Source: a virus
Lineage: Duplodnaviria > Caudoviricetes
Virus record (IMG/VR): IMGVR_UViG_3300008120_000334
Span: 1-55,282 of that record
Direction: 5' to 3' (one strand)
Length of the DNA: 55,282 nucleotides
The notes below the pieces were generated by a model, which was given only the letters and a program-made list of their open reading frames with translations, ran no database searches and was not told where the DNA came from. The first letter of the stretch is position 1. The number at the start of each line of letters is the position of its first letter. The position numbers and the translations under genes are program-made. Positions 17,290-24,284 of the stretch are shown in pieces.

Positions 17290-17577
17290 TGCGATGTTTA
17301 TCCTAATTGGCTATACATTGAGCTGATTGGAAATAAGTTGCTAATGCACATTTTGAAAGAATACGGCACATTGAATAAAGAAGATTACGAAAGAGTATAT
17401 AAGAGTTATGTTCTTCCATACTTTACAACATGGGACAATTTCAGTTGCTGTATGAATGGAGATGTTCAATACAGCCCCGTTGTCTTGGCTTGGTATGCAG
17501 AAAAAATAGGAGTTAAGCCAACTTATCCTTTAAGAGTAATGAGGCGGGTTGCTTGGTCGCTACGAAATATCGCATAA
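17236..17577 (+). CDS. Cassette 1 hypothetical protein
   Basis: Starts inside site 1; stop is the TAA of the next TAAC. Confidence 0.7.
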   Translation: MSEILTTTETPAIGNVLLCDVYPNWLYIELIGNKLLMHILKEYGTLNKEDYERVYKSYVLPYFTTWDNFSCCMNGDVQYSPVVLAWYAEKIGVKPTYPLRVMRRVAWSLRNIA

Positions 17578-17700
17578 CGATAGGTATTTGCGATGGTTGG
17601 ATATTTGAAAATATAAAGATGAATAACTTGATACAGACTGATTTATTTACTACTGCTGATGTGCCAACGTCAAGCCCAACTATTGCAAATACCCATGTTA
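17575..17700. repeat. attC-like site 2
   Basis: TAAC..GGTATTTGCGATGGTTGG / CCAACTATTGCAAATACC..GTTA. Confidence 0.85.
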
Positions 17701-18296
17701 GCTGTAGTTGTGGGCAATCGGGGAAATATAAAACAATAGTAATAGACCCACCGTGGAAGTATGGCGTTTGGGGTAAAAGAAATGAAATAACATCTTCCTA
17801 TAAAAAGTTTAAAGTAAATATCGAAACCCCATTGCCATACCCTTATATGACGCTGGATGAAATAAAAGCATTGCCTATAAAGGATTTGGCTGATGAAAAT
17901 TGCGAATTATATGTATGGACTACGCAAAAATATTTGCCTGTAACTTTTGAACTTATAGACCATTGGGGGTTTAAATATTGTACAACGTTAAGCTGGTGTA
18001 AAAAGCCAAGAGGTACGGGTCAAGGTGGTGTTTATTGCCCGACTACTGAATTTATTGTACATGGAAGAATAGGTAATATGCCAAAAGTTAAAAGGATTGA
18101 TAGTACATGGTTTGAGGTAAAAAGACCGCATAATAGCCACAGTACAAAACCTGAATTTTTCCAAGATATGATTGAGACAGTTTCAGATGCTCCACGACTT
18201 GAAATGTTTGCAAGGCGTGAACGTGAAGGGTGGGACGTTTTCGGTAACGAGGTGTCAAACTCTATAAAATTAAACGCTGGTAACAATTACAGCTAA
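17619..18296 (+). CDS. Cassette 2: MT-A70-family adenine methyltransferase (likely start ATG 17619)
   Basis: YKTIVIDPPW, LYVWTT, WGFKY, HSTKP, RLEMFAR, GWDVFGNE. Confidence 0.92.
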   Translation: MNNLIQTDLFTTADVPTSSPTIANTHVSCSCGQSGKYKTIVIDPPWKYGVWGKRNEITSSYKKFKVNIETPLPYPYMTLDEIKALPIKDLADENCELYVWTTQKYLPVTFELIDHWGFKYCTTLSWCKKPRGTGQGGVYCPTTEFIVHGRIGNMPKVKRIDSTWFEVKRPHNSHSTKPEFFQDMIETVSDAPRLEMFARREREGWDVFGNEVSNSIKLNAGNNYS

Positions 18297-18417
18297 CGGT
18301 TTGCAGGTATATTTAGTGCCGAATTTGAAAAACAAAATTATATGACAACACAAAACTTGATTGAAAAACTAAACTCCGATTATACACGATGCTCGGCATT
18401 GAATATACCTGCTGTTA
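18294..18417. repeat. attC-like site 3
   Basis: TAAC..GCAGGTATATTTAGTGCCGA / TCGGCATTGAATATACCTGC..GTTA. Confidence 0.85.
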
Positions 18418-18584
18418 GCAGCCGTTTATTCTATCCGATTTATGAAAGTGTAATTGGAGATGAACCGCACCTTAAAGAAGGTGAATTTATTGAAGCCATA
18501 GGTGATGACTTTATGGCGAGGATATTTGGAGTTGGCAAGTTTAGGGATAAAGCCGAAAAGTTCTTTGTTTTAAATGGCTGCTAA
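18342..18584 (+). CDS. Cassette 3 hypothetical protein
   Basis: Starts inside site 3; stop in the next TAAC. Confidence 0.65.
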   Translation: MTTQNLIEKLNSDYTRCSALNIPAVSSRLFYPIYESVIGDEPHLKEGEFIEAIGDDFMARIFGVGKFRDKAEKFFVLNGC

Positions 18585-18706
18585 CGTTAAAACGCTTGGC
18601 GAAGAAGCGGACTTTGAAGCACAAACTTTCAGTTTAGCACAAATGCCAATAGAAAGCACGAATGTTGAATTTAGCACTAAACCCGCTTTTTGCCAAGCGT
18701 GTGTTA
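18582..18706. repeat. attC-like site 4
   Basis: TAAC..ACGCTTGGCGAAGAAGCGG / CCGCTTTTTGCCAAGCGT..GTTA. Confidence 0.85.
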
Positions 18707-18751
18707 GCACCAGTACTTTTTTAATTAGTAACAATTTAAAACAATAATAAA

Positions 18752-19000
18752 ATGCAAGAATTTAATTTAGAACATCAGTATCAACTTTATCTACAAAGAA
18801 TGGCTTTGTCAGAAAGCACAATGCACCCACAACAAAAAATCCAACTACGCCAAACTTTTTTTGGTGCAAGTGGTCAAATGCTAATTCTTTTAAGAGACGA
18901 ATTATCAAAACTTGAAGAAGAAAAAGCAATGGAAACTTTACAAGATTTAATTAACCAAGTAGGCAATTTCTTTTTAGCCGAAACAAACAAAATGAATTAA
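18752..19000 (+). CDS. Cassette 4 hypothetical protein A
   Basis: ORF with A-rich leader. Confidence 0.7.
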   Translation: MQEFNLEHQYQLYLQRMALSESTMHPQQKIQLRQTFFGASGQMLILLRDELSKLEEEKAMETLQDLINQVGNFFLAETNKMN

Positions 19001-19001
19001 T

Positions 19002-19259
19002 ATGACACCAAAGCAATTTAAAGAAGCAAATGTAACTTTTGCAAAAGACCAACCCGAATATCAGCCATTACCTGCTTTTAGAAGTGATAGCCCACAAGGT
19101 GAAGTAATTACTTGCTGGAACTTATCATTCAAAGAACGATTAAGGATTTTGTTTAAAGGCGAAATTTGGCTTTGTCTCTTAACATTCAATAAACCATTAA
19201 CACCTACTTTTATAACCACTCAAAAATCAGAGGTATTGTCTGACGGTAGCGGTTCGTAG
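19002..19259 (+). CDS. Cassette 4 hypothetical protein B
   Basis: DQPEYQPLPA...ITCW.LSFKERL.IL..G.IWL phage-type small protein; stop overlaps the cassette end. Confidence 0.75.
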   Translation: MTPKQFKEANVTFAKDQPEYQPLPAFRSDSPQGEVITCWNLSFKERLRILFKGEIWLCLLTFNKPLTPTFITTQKSEVLSDGSGS

Positions 19260-19268
19260 TATTGGTGC

Positions 19269-19393
19269 TAACGTTCGAGTATTGGCGAAGAAGCGGACTT
19301 ATACCATTAAAGTTGATACGAAGCACCAATGTTGATGCTACTACAAATGTTCATACGAAGCACTAAAACCGCTTTTTTGTCAATACTTTGTTA
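19269..19393. repeat. attC-like site 5
   Basis: TAAC..AGTATTGGCGAAGAAGCGG / CCGCTTTTTTGTCAATACT..GTTA. Confidence 0.85.
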
Positions 19394-19472
19394 TGCGTTC
19401 GCCTTTTTTTCTGTTGATTTTCAGTTAGTTAGAAACTAATTTAAAAATAAATGAAAAATACTTTGAAAAAAG

Positions 19473-19503
19473 TTTGCAGTTATCAAAATAGAACCTATAT
19501 TTG
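19473..19503 (+). promoter_or_regulatory. Cassette-internal promoter (cassette 5)
   Basis: TTTG 19473-19476 and TATATTTG 19496-19503. Confidence 0.65.
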
Positions 19504-19533
19504 TACTCAGATAACAAATAAAAAATAAACAAA

Positions 19534-19710
19534 ATGACAACGATAATTTTTAAAAACGAAAAGAAAGCAAAAGTTTACGAAGTTAGAGCAGCAAAACCAT
19601 TTCATATTTATTCTGCTGGCGAGTTAATCAAAAGAGTAAAAACTGACAAAATTGAAAACCTAAACGAAAACTACGCAACTGATGAAATCACAGTTACAGA
19701 AATTAAATAA
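19534..19710 (+). CDS. Cassette 5 hypothetical 58-aa protein (not in ORF track)
   Basis: ATG 19534 after the promoter, TAA 19708-19710. Confidence 0.6.
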   Translation: MTTIIFKNEKKAKVYEVRAAKPFHIYSAGELIKRVKTDKIENLNENYATDEITVTEIK

Positions 19711-19894
19711 TCAACTCCAAAAAATCGAAACAGAGCTTTCTAAATGTAGAGGCTCTGTTTTAGAGGATGGATGGCAAACACAGCGTTATGCTAAAAAGAT
19801 GCGTAAATGGGATTATTACGCAATAGAAAAAATGAAAATTTTACAACAAATAGAAGATTATGAAAATAAAATTTGTATCAATGAGGAAGTATAA
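19682..19894 (+). CDS. Cassette 5 coiled-coil hypothetical protein
   Basis: ORF overlapping its neighbours in the operon. Confidence 0.6.
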   Translation: MKSQLQKLNNQLQKIETELSKCRGSVLEDGWQTQRYAKKMRKWDYYAIEKMKILQQIEDYENKICINEEV

Positions 19895-20102
19895 AATGTG
19901 TATAGGTTGGAAATATCGCCTAAAAAACTTTTTTACTATTGAGAAATATTGGTCTGGCAAAATAATTCAATTCAGAATTTTATGTGAATATGGTTTTGAT
20001 ATTGATTTGCGGGATGGTGGTTTTAAATTAACCGATTTACTTAATGAGAAAGAAAAAAAGCGTTTTTATTTAGGTATGTGGTTAAGGAAAAATCGGAACT
20101 AA
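19860..20102 (+). CDS. Cassette 5 hypothetical protein (start uncertain)
   Basis: TAATG-coupled to the next gene. Confidence 0.55.
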   Translation: MKIKFVSMRKYKMCIGWKYRLKNFFTIEKYWSGKIIQFRILCEYGFDIDLRDGGFKLTDLLNEKEKKRFYLGMWLRKNRN

Positions 20103-20269
20103 TGAAAAAGAAAAAAGAAAATAGAGGAGGCAAACGCCCTCTCTCTGGTCGTAAAAAAGCGGACCACGAAACTAAAACTATTGCATTTCGTGTTCGTGTC
20201 GAATTTGTCGAACCGATTAAAAAGATGGTAAAAGATTATGTTTCTGAGCGTCTGCAAGGTGACGCATAA
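20102..20269 (+). CDS. Cassette 5 small DNA-binding protein (RGGKRxxSGRK hook plus RHH-like segment)
   Basis: RGGKRPLSGRKK...TKTIAFRV; stop in TAAC. Confidence 0.7.
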   Translation: MKKKKENRGGKRPLSGRKKADHETKTIAFRVRVEFVEPIKKMVKDYVSERLQGDA

Positions 20270-20392
20270 CGGTTTGCAGCTATATTTAGTTGCGGACTTA
20301 GAAGCACAAAACTTGAATTATTCACAAAATTAAATTAGAAAATATGAACTTGAATGAACCACAAAAACCGCAATTGAATATAGGTGCTGTTA
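20267..20392. repeat. attC-like site 6
   Basis: TAAC..GCAGCTATATTTAGTTGCGG / CCGCAATTGAATATAGGTGC..GTTA. Confidence 0.85.
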
Positions 20393-20544
20393 GCGGTAGT
20401 GCCACTCCGAACTTTTTAAAGGTTGCCGTTGATGAACTGCTAACCTACAGAACACCGAAAAAGATAATTGATTACATAGAAGCTGAAAAGATGAAATCAA
20501 TAATAGGGAACCCACCGTTTGATGTTTTTGGGCATTACCGCTAA
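20344..20544 (+). CDS. Cassette 6 hypothetical protein
   Basis: Starts inside site 6; stop in the next TAAC. Confidence 0.6.
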   Translation: MNLNEPQKPQLNIGAVSGSATPNFLKVAVDELLTYRTPKKIIDYIEAEKMKSIIGNPPFDVFGHYR

Positions 20545-20668
20545 CGGTTCAGGGCTTTGCGAAGGCAGGGCTAAATAGCACAAAAGTTTAAATTAATTAC
20601 AAATGTCAAATAGAAATACAAAAGTTCAAAATCAGCACCAAAGCCCTGCTTTTGCAAAGCCCTTGTTA
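20542..20668. repeat. attC-like site 7
   Basis: TAAC..AGGGCTTTGCGAAGGCAGGGCT / AGCCCTGCTTTTGCAAAGCCCT..GTTA. Confidence 0.88.
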
Positions 20669-21100
20669 CCTGCCGTTTTTTCTATTAGCAGTAAGGTTTG
20701 TCCAATATGTAAAACAGAAAAAGACTTGTCAAATTTTGGTAAATACTTTTCTAAAGAACGCCAAAAATACAGAGTTCAAAACTATTGCAAAAGTTGTGAA
20801 AAATCAGAAAAGAAAAGGCGTTCAGCAGAATATTACGAAGCTAATAAAGAAGCAAGAAAACAATATCAAAAAGAACACAGGGCAAACCCAAACAACAAAG
20901 AAAAGTTAAAAGCAGTATCGCAAAAATTCAAAATAAAATATCGTGAGGAATTGCAAGACTGCTATGTTAGAGATAGGCTGACACAAGATAATAAAATACC
21001 AAATTATGTTTCAAGGGAATTGCCTGAAATAGTAGAAGCGAAAAGATTACAAATAAAAATTAAACGTAAAATAAAATCATTAAACAATGGCAAAAAATAA
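20603..21100 (+). CDS. Cassette 7 basic Zn-ribbon protein
   Basis: CPICKTEK..F...YCKSC; starts inside site 7. Confidence 0.7.
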   Translation: MSNRNTKVQNQHQSPAFAKPLLPAVFSISSKVCPICKTEKDLSNFGKYFSKERQKYRVQNYCKSCEKSEKKRRSAEYYEANKEARKQYQKEHRANPNNKEKLKAVSQKFKIKYREELQDCYVRDRLTQDNKIPNYVSRELPEIVEAKRLQIKIKRKIKSLNNGKK

Positions 21101-21356
21101 ATTATCAGACTTAAACGACCATCTTTTTATGGCATTAGAAAGATTAAATGACGAGGAATTGACAACCGAACAAATTGAATCTGAAAGTAAAAGAGCAGAA
21201 GCAATTATAGGTGTTGCAAATCAAATTATAGGAACTGCTAAAATTACACTTGACGCTATGAAATTAGTTTCAAATGGAAATTTAGACACAACTGAATTAC
21301 CTGAAAATTTTGGATTTAAACGACTGGTTTCGGATTCTACGCAAAATGGCAGGTAA
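21087..21356 (+). CDS. Cassette 7 helical phage protein
   Basis: KNKLSDLNDHLFMALERLNDE...RAEAI; stop in TAAC. Confidence 0.75.
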   Translation: MAKNKLSDLNDHLFMALERLNDEELTTEQIESESKRAEAIIGVANQIIGTAKITLDAMKLVSNGNLDTTELPENFGFKRLVSDSTQNGR

Positions 21357-21477
21357 CGTTGAAGCATTGGCGAAGGCAGGGAATAGTAGCACAACTGCCG
21401 AACCAAGTACAAAAGTTAAATAGTGCTACCATTGTTGAAAGTAGAACGTCTGCCCTGCTTTTGCCAATGCAATGTTA
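21354..21477. repeat. attC-like site 8
   Basis: TAAC..GCATTGGCGAAGGCAGGG / CCCTGCTTTTGCCAATGC..GTTA. Confidence 0.88.
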
Positions 21478-21498
21478 TAGGCAGCCTAATTTTAGGAT

Positions 21499-21903
21499 AT
21501 GGAATTTCAAATTATAATGGCTCACGGTGCTATGGGTGCTGATGCAAGCGACACAATGTTAGACACTTTTCTTCGTCAGTTTTCCCAAAAGCACCAAGAA
21601 GAAGGCGAATGGGCTGAAAAATATGGAACTGATTTAGAAACTGAAAAAGTAATGATGAAACGTTATTGCTGGTGCGAAAAAGAAGTTTGTCCATACTGCT
21701 TTGATTTAGAAGAAGAAAAGGTAACACAAGAATTGAAAGAAAAGTATGGAATGGAAGATGATAGAACAGCACCGAACTTTTGGTATAAGCCATTAGATTT
21801 TAAAGTGTGGTGGTATAAATACATTGGTCGTTCTGTCGAGGTTAATAAGCAATTGTCTGATGATGATTTTAAAAAGATGGTTGATGATTGTATGTCGTCA
21901 TAG
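21499..21903 (+). CDS. Cassette 8 Cys-containing hypothetical protein
   Basis: YCWCEKEVCPYC...PNFWYKP...WYKYIGRS; stop overlaps the cassette end. Confidence 0.75.
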   Translation: MEFQIIMAHGAMGADASDTMLDTFLRQFSQKHQEEGEWAEKYGTDLETEKVMMKRYCWCEKEVCPYCFDLEEEKVTQELKEKYGMEDDRTAPNFWYKPLDFKVWWYKYIGRSVEVNKQLSDDDFKKMVDDCMSS

Positions 21904-21911
21904 GTTGCCTA

Positions 21912-22036
21912 TAACGTACAGGTGTTTAAGATGAAGTGGACTTTGAAAAACGTCAGCTCGTTTACTTACTGATGTTAAATAGGATTCTAAAGGTGCAATT
22001 AATTCCGCCCACCACTTTATATTAAACACCATGTTG
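21912..22036. repeat. attC-like site 9
   Basis: TAAC..GGTGTTTAAGATGAAGTGG / CCACTTTATATTAAACACC..GTTG. Confidence 0.8.
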
Positions 22037-22136
22037 TGTGCTGCTGTTTTTATGTCTGTCAAAACCTATATATTGCCAATTTTTAGTTATACTTGTTATC
22101 AAATCAATAAAGTCTTAAACTTAAAACAAAAGAAAC

Positions 22137-22688
22137 ATGAAGGCATTAGACGAGAAGTTATTATATCTCGCATCTGAAAATACGTTGGTCAATTTAAAAG
22201 CCGATGCTACGGAGTTGTTAAAAAGTTATCACGAAACAGAAACAATAATTACAAACAAATCAACGTCTTTGTTGCAGTTTTTATTCCCTGTCTTTGTTGG
22301 TATTTTTGGCTATATTTTAGTTGAAATACAAACTAAAAGCAACCCGAAACTATTTTGGTTTGCTTGTATTGAAGAAATTGTGATTTTCTTGTCATGTTAT
22401 TATTTGTTTGAGTTACTTTATTTAAAGAAAGTCGCTCTAAGCGGGGTGAAACCTTCAAATATGTTACATGATGATATTGTCAAAAACGACGAAAATGGAA
22501 ATACTTTGCAGTATTTAAGATTACGTGTTTTTGGGTTACAAAATGCAATAACCGCTTGTGAAGCAAGTCACGATAAAAGAAAAACAAACTTCAAAAATGC
22601 TTTAAACATTTTAATGATAGGCACTTCTGTTGTTGTCCTTATTTTTTCGTTAGTCCTGATTGGTCAAGGCCTCTTTCTTCATAAGTAG
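22137..22688 (+). CDS. Cassette 9 three-TM membrane protein
   Basis: Two N-half hydrophobic helices and one C-terminal TM. Confidence 0.75.
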   Translation: MKALDEKLLYLASENTLVNLKADATELLKSYHETETIITNKSTSLLQFLFPVFVGIFGYILVEIQTKSNPKLFWFACIEEIVIFLSCYYLFELLYLKKVALSGVKPSNMLHDDIVKNDENGNTLQYLRLRVFGLQNAITACEASHDKRKTNFKNALNILMIGTSVVVLIFSLVLIGQGLFLHK

Positions 22689-22800
22689 TCGTCTCTCTCA
22701 TGGGTTGTCTAACAGGTTGTTGAGCGGGAGTAACAGTTTGTTGTTGTTGGCTTTGTTGTCCTTGCTCTTGGCTGTTATTGTTGTCGTTATTGTTGGTCAT
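22639..22800 (-). CDS. Cassette 9 convergent 53-aa N/Q-rich peptide (not in ORF track)
   Basis: MTNNNDNNNSQEQGQQSQQQQTVTPAQQPVRQPMRETTTYEERGLDQSGLTKK*. Confidence 0.55.
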   Translation of the reverse strand: MTNNNDNNNSQEQGQQSQQQQTVTPAQQPVRQPMRETTTYEERGLDQSGLTKK

Positions 22801-22857
22801 ATTTTTCTATTATTTAAATATCTAAATCTTACGGATGTGTTTTTTTACAGTTGCACA

Positions 22858-22982
22858 CAACGTTTTGCATATTGGAGCAGTAGGGGATTTGGAACACGAA
22901 AGTTTCTATACCCACTACACTTCATTAGATGCAATACCGTTCAATTTACCACTTAAACCCCTATTGCTCTAATATGCTGTTA
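22858..22982. repeat. attC-like site 10
   Basis: CAAC..GCATATTGGAGCAGTAGGGG / CCCCTATTGCTCTAATATGC..GTTA. Confidence 0.85.
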
Positions 22983-23075
22983 TGCTCTCGTTGCGGATTT
23001 TTAGCAGTAAACTTCAATCGGAGCAATGTTTTTTGTTCTTTTTTGTAGGTGGTAAAAAATATTTTTGATAAATAG

Positions 23076-23106
23076 TTTGTAAATACAAAATAAATACTTA
23101 CCTTTG
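23076..23106 (+). promoter_or_regulatory. Cassette-internal promoter (cassette 10)
   Basis: TTTG 23076-23079 and TACCTTTG 23099-23106. Confidence 0.65.
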
Positions 23107-23148
23107 AAGTGTTGTTAGCAATGAAGCTACAATCTAAAATTAAAAACA

Positions 23149-23346
23149 ATGGAAAAGTTAATCACAAATGCAAAAAGTCAATTTGAGAAATTCGGTCAAG
23201 TTAGAATCACTATTTATCCTAATCGTAGTGTAAATGATAGCTACGATATAGTTGAGAAGACAATGGATTCAGCTATTGAATCAATATCACATTTATACCA
23301 ATCGGTAACAGACGACCTTAGTGTTTCACACGCAAATGCAATGTAA
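23149..23346 (+). CDS. Cassette 10 hypothetical protein
   Basis: First ORF after the promoter. Confidence 0.65.
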   Translation: MEKLITNAKSQFEKFGQVRITIYPNRSVNDSYDIVEKTMDSAIESISHLYQSVTDDLSVSHANAM

Positions 23347-23510
23347 TGAGCAACACGAAAAAAGTAACGATAAGCCTTACTCCTGAACAACAGGATAAGG
23401 CTCGTTCTTTATCAAAAGATTTATTTGGTAAAGAAAATATATCTGGACTAATCGGATTTTTGATTGAGCGTTGGGAAAAAGAACAAAAAACTTCCACAAA
23501 TGTCAAATAG
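23346..23510 (+). CDS. Cassette 10 ribbon-helix-helix-like 54-aa protein (not in ORF track)
   Basis: MSNTKKVTISLTPEQQDKARSLSKDLFGKENISGLIGFLIE; TAATG coupling. Confidence 0.65.
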   Translation: MSNTKKVTISLTPEQQDKARSLSKDLFGKENISGLIGFLIERWEKEQKTSTNVK

Positions 23511-23534
23511 AAGCGGTCACGTAGCAATGGAGCA

Positions 23535-23557
23535 TAACGAGTTTATTTGCGAAACTC
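23535..23557. repeat. Terminal half-site of the array (attI-like candidate)
   Basis: TAAC followed only by GAGTTT-N7-AAACTC; no long hairpin and no GTT partner. Confidence 0.5.
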
Positions 23558-23583
23558 TACCCCCGTCAACTACTTAATAATCA

Positions 23584-23808
23584 ATGAAAATACAGGTTAC
23601 ATACTACGCAAAATGGCAGATAAAAGATGCTACTTGGTATAAGTGGACTACCTGTAAAAAGTTGATAAATTGCAAAACAGGGCGTGAGATTAAAAAGACC
23701 ACAAAGGGCGCACAGGCGGGGTATTATATTGAAGGAGAGTTTGTAAAAATTTCCGACCTCAAAAATAGAGTAGAACTAATACCTTTTAAGGAGAAATTGC
23801 CATTTTAA
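23584..23808 (+). CDS. Hypothetical protein
   Basis: ORF following the array. Confidence 0.65.
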   Translation: MKIQVTYYAKWQIKDATWYKWTTCKKLINCKTGREIKKTTKGAQAGYYIEGEFVKISDLKNRVELIPFKEKLPF

Positions 23809-23819
23809 AATCAACCCCT

Positions 23820-24164
23820 ATGAACTGGAAAGAAATAAACGAGAAGTACCCGAAAGCGTTTTTGGAGTGGGTGAAGAATCAGAACGAGTCGGAGATAAGC
23901 AACATCCATTACTTTCTCGCTGATAACGCCTGCTTAGTCAATAATGGCCGTATTACTTTTGATAGTAGCGACCTTATTCACTTGCCTTACTACTTTGATA
24001 CGTTGGGGATTGAAATAGAATCGTCAAAGTACAGTTGTCGGGTAACTGACAGAACATTACAAAATAAGTATTTTCTTGGCTATAAAGATGGCCGCCTCTC
24101 CGCCACAATAGCAGGGGCTGAGAAAGCATTTGAGATTCGGGATGCGCAATTAAATAACAACTAA
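23820..24164 (+). CDS. Hypothetical protein
   Basis: ORF in the operon. Confidence 0.65.
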   Translation: MNWKEINEKYPKAFLEWVKNQNESEISNIHYFLADNACLVNNGRITFDSSDLIHLPYYFDTLGIEIESSKYSCRVTDRTLQNKYFLGYKDGRLSATIAGAEKAFEIRDAQLNNN

Positions 24165-24284
24165 TCATACCCACCCCCTCCCTCATCCACCGAAAGGGCG
24201 TTAGATTTAAAGGGGTTTTTGTCAGACGTGCGGCTGTGTTGGCTGCTGGATGATGGAGGGGTCAAATACTAAAACACTAAAAAT

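Larger units (their letters stand above)
17167..23557. mobile_element. Integron-like array of 10 gene cassettes without an adjacent integrase
   Basis: Ten 123-127 bp imperfect hairpins bounded by (T/C)AAC and GTT alternate with genes; the ends of each inter-repeat segment are mutually complementary. Confidence 0.85.

Noticed and set aside
17553-17618. Extended N-terminus of the methyltransferase from TTG 17553
   Set aside because: It would cross the cassette boundary. ATG 17619 with an A-rich leader fits better.
22660-22956. 98-aa hydrophobic plus-strand ORF
   Set aside because: It is the antisense shadow of the N/Q-rich minus-strand peptide, has a TTG start and runs into site 10.
17167-23557. 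CRISPR array or simple terminator series as an explanation for the repeats
   Set aside because: The repeats are about 125 bp, divergent in sequence and separated by whole genes. There are no cas genes or poly-T tails, and the cassette-specific end complementarity is not explained by either.
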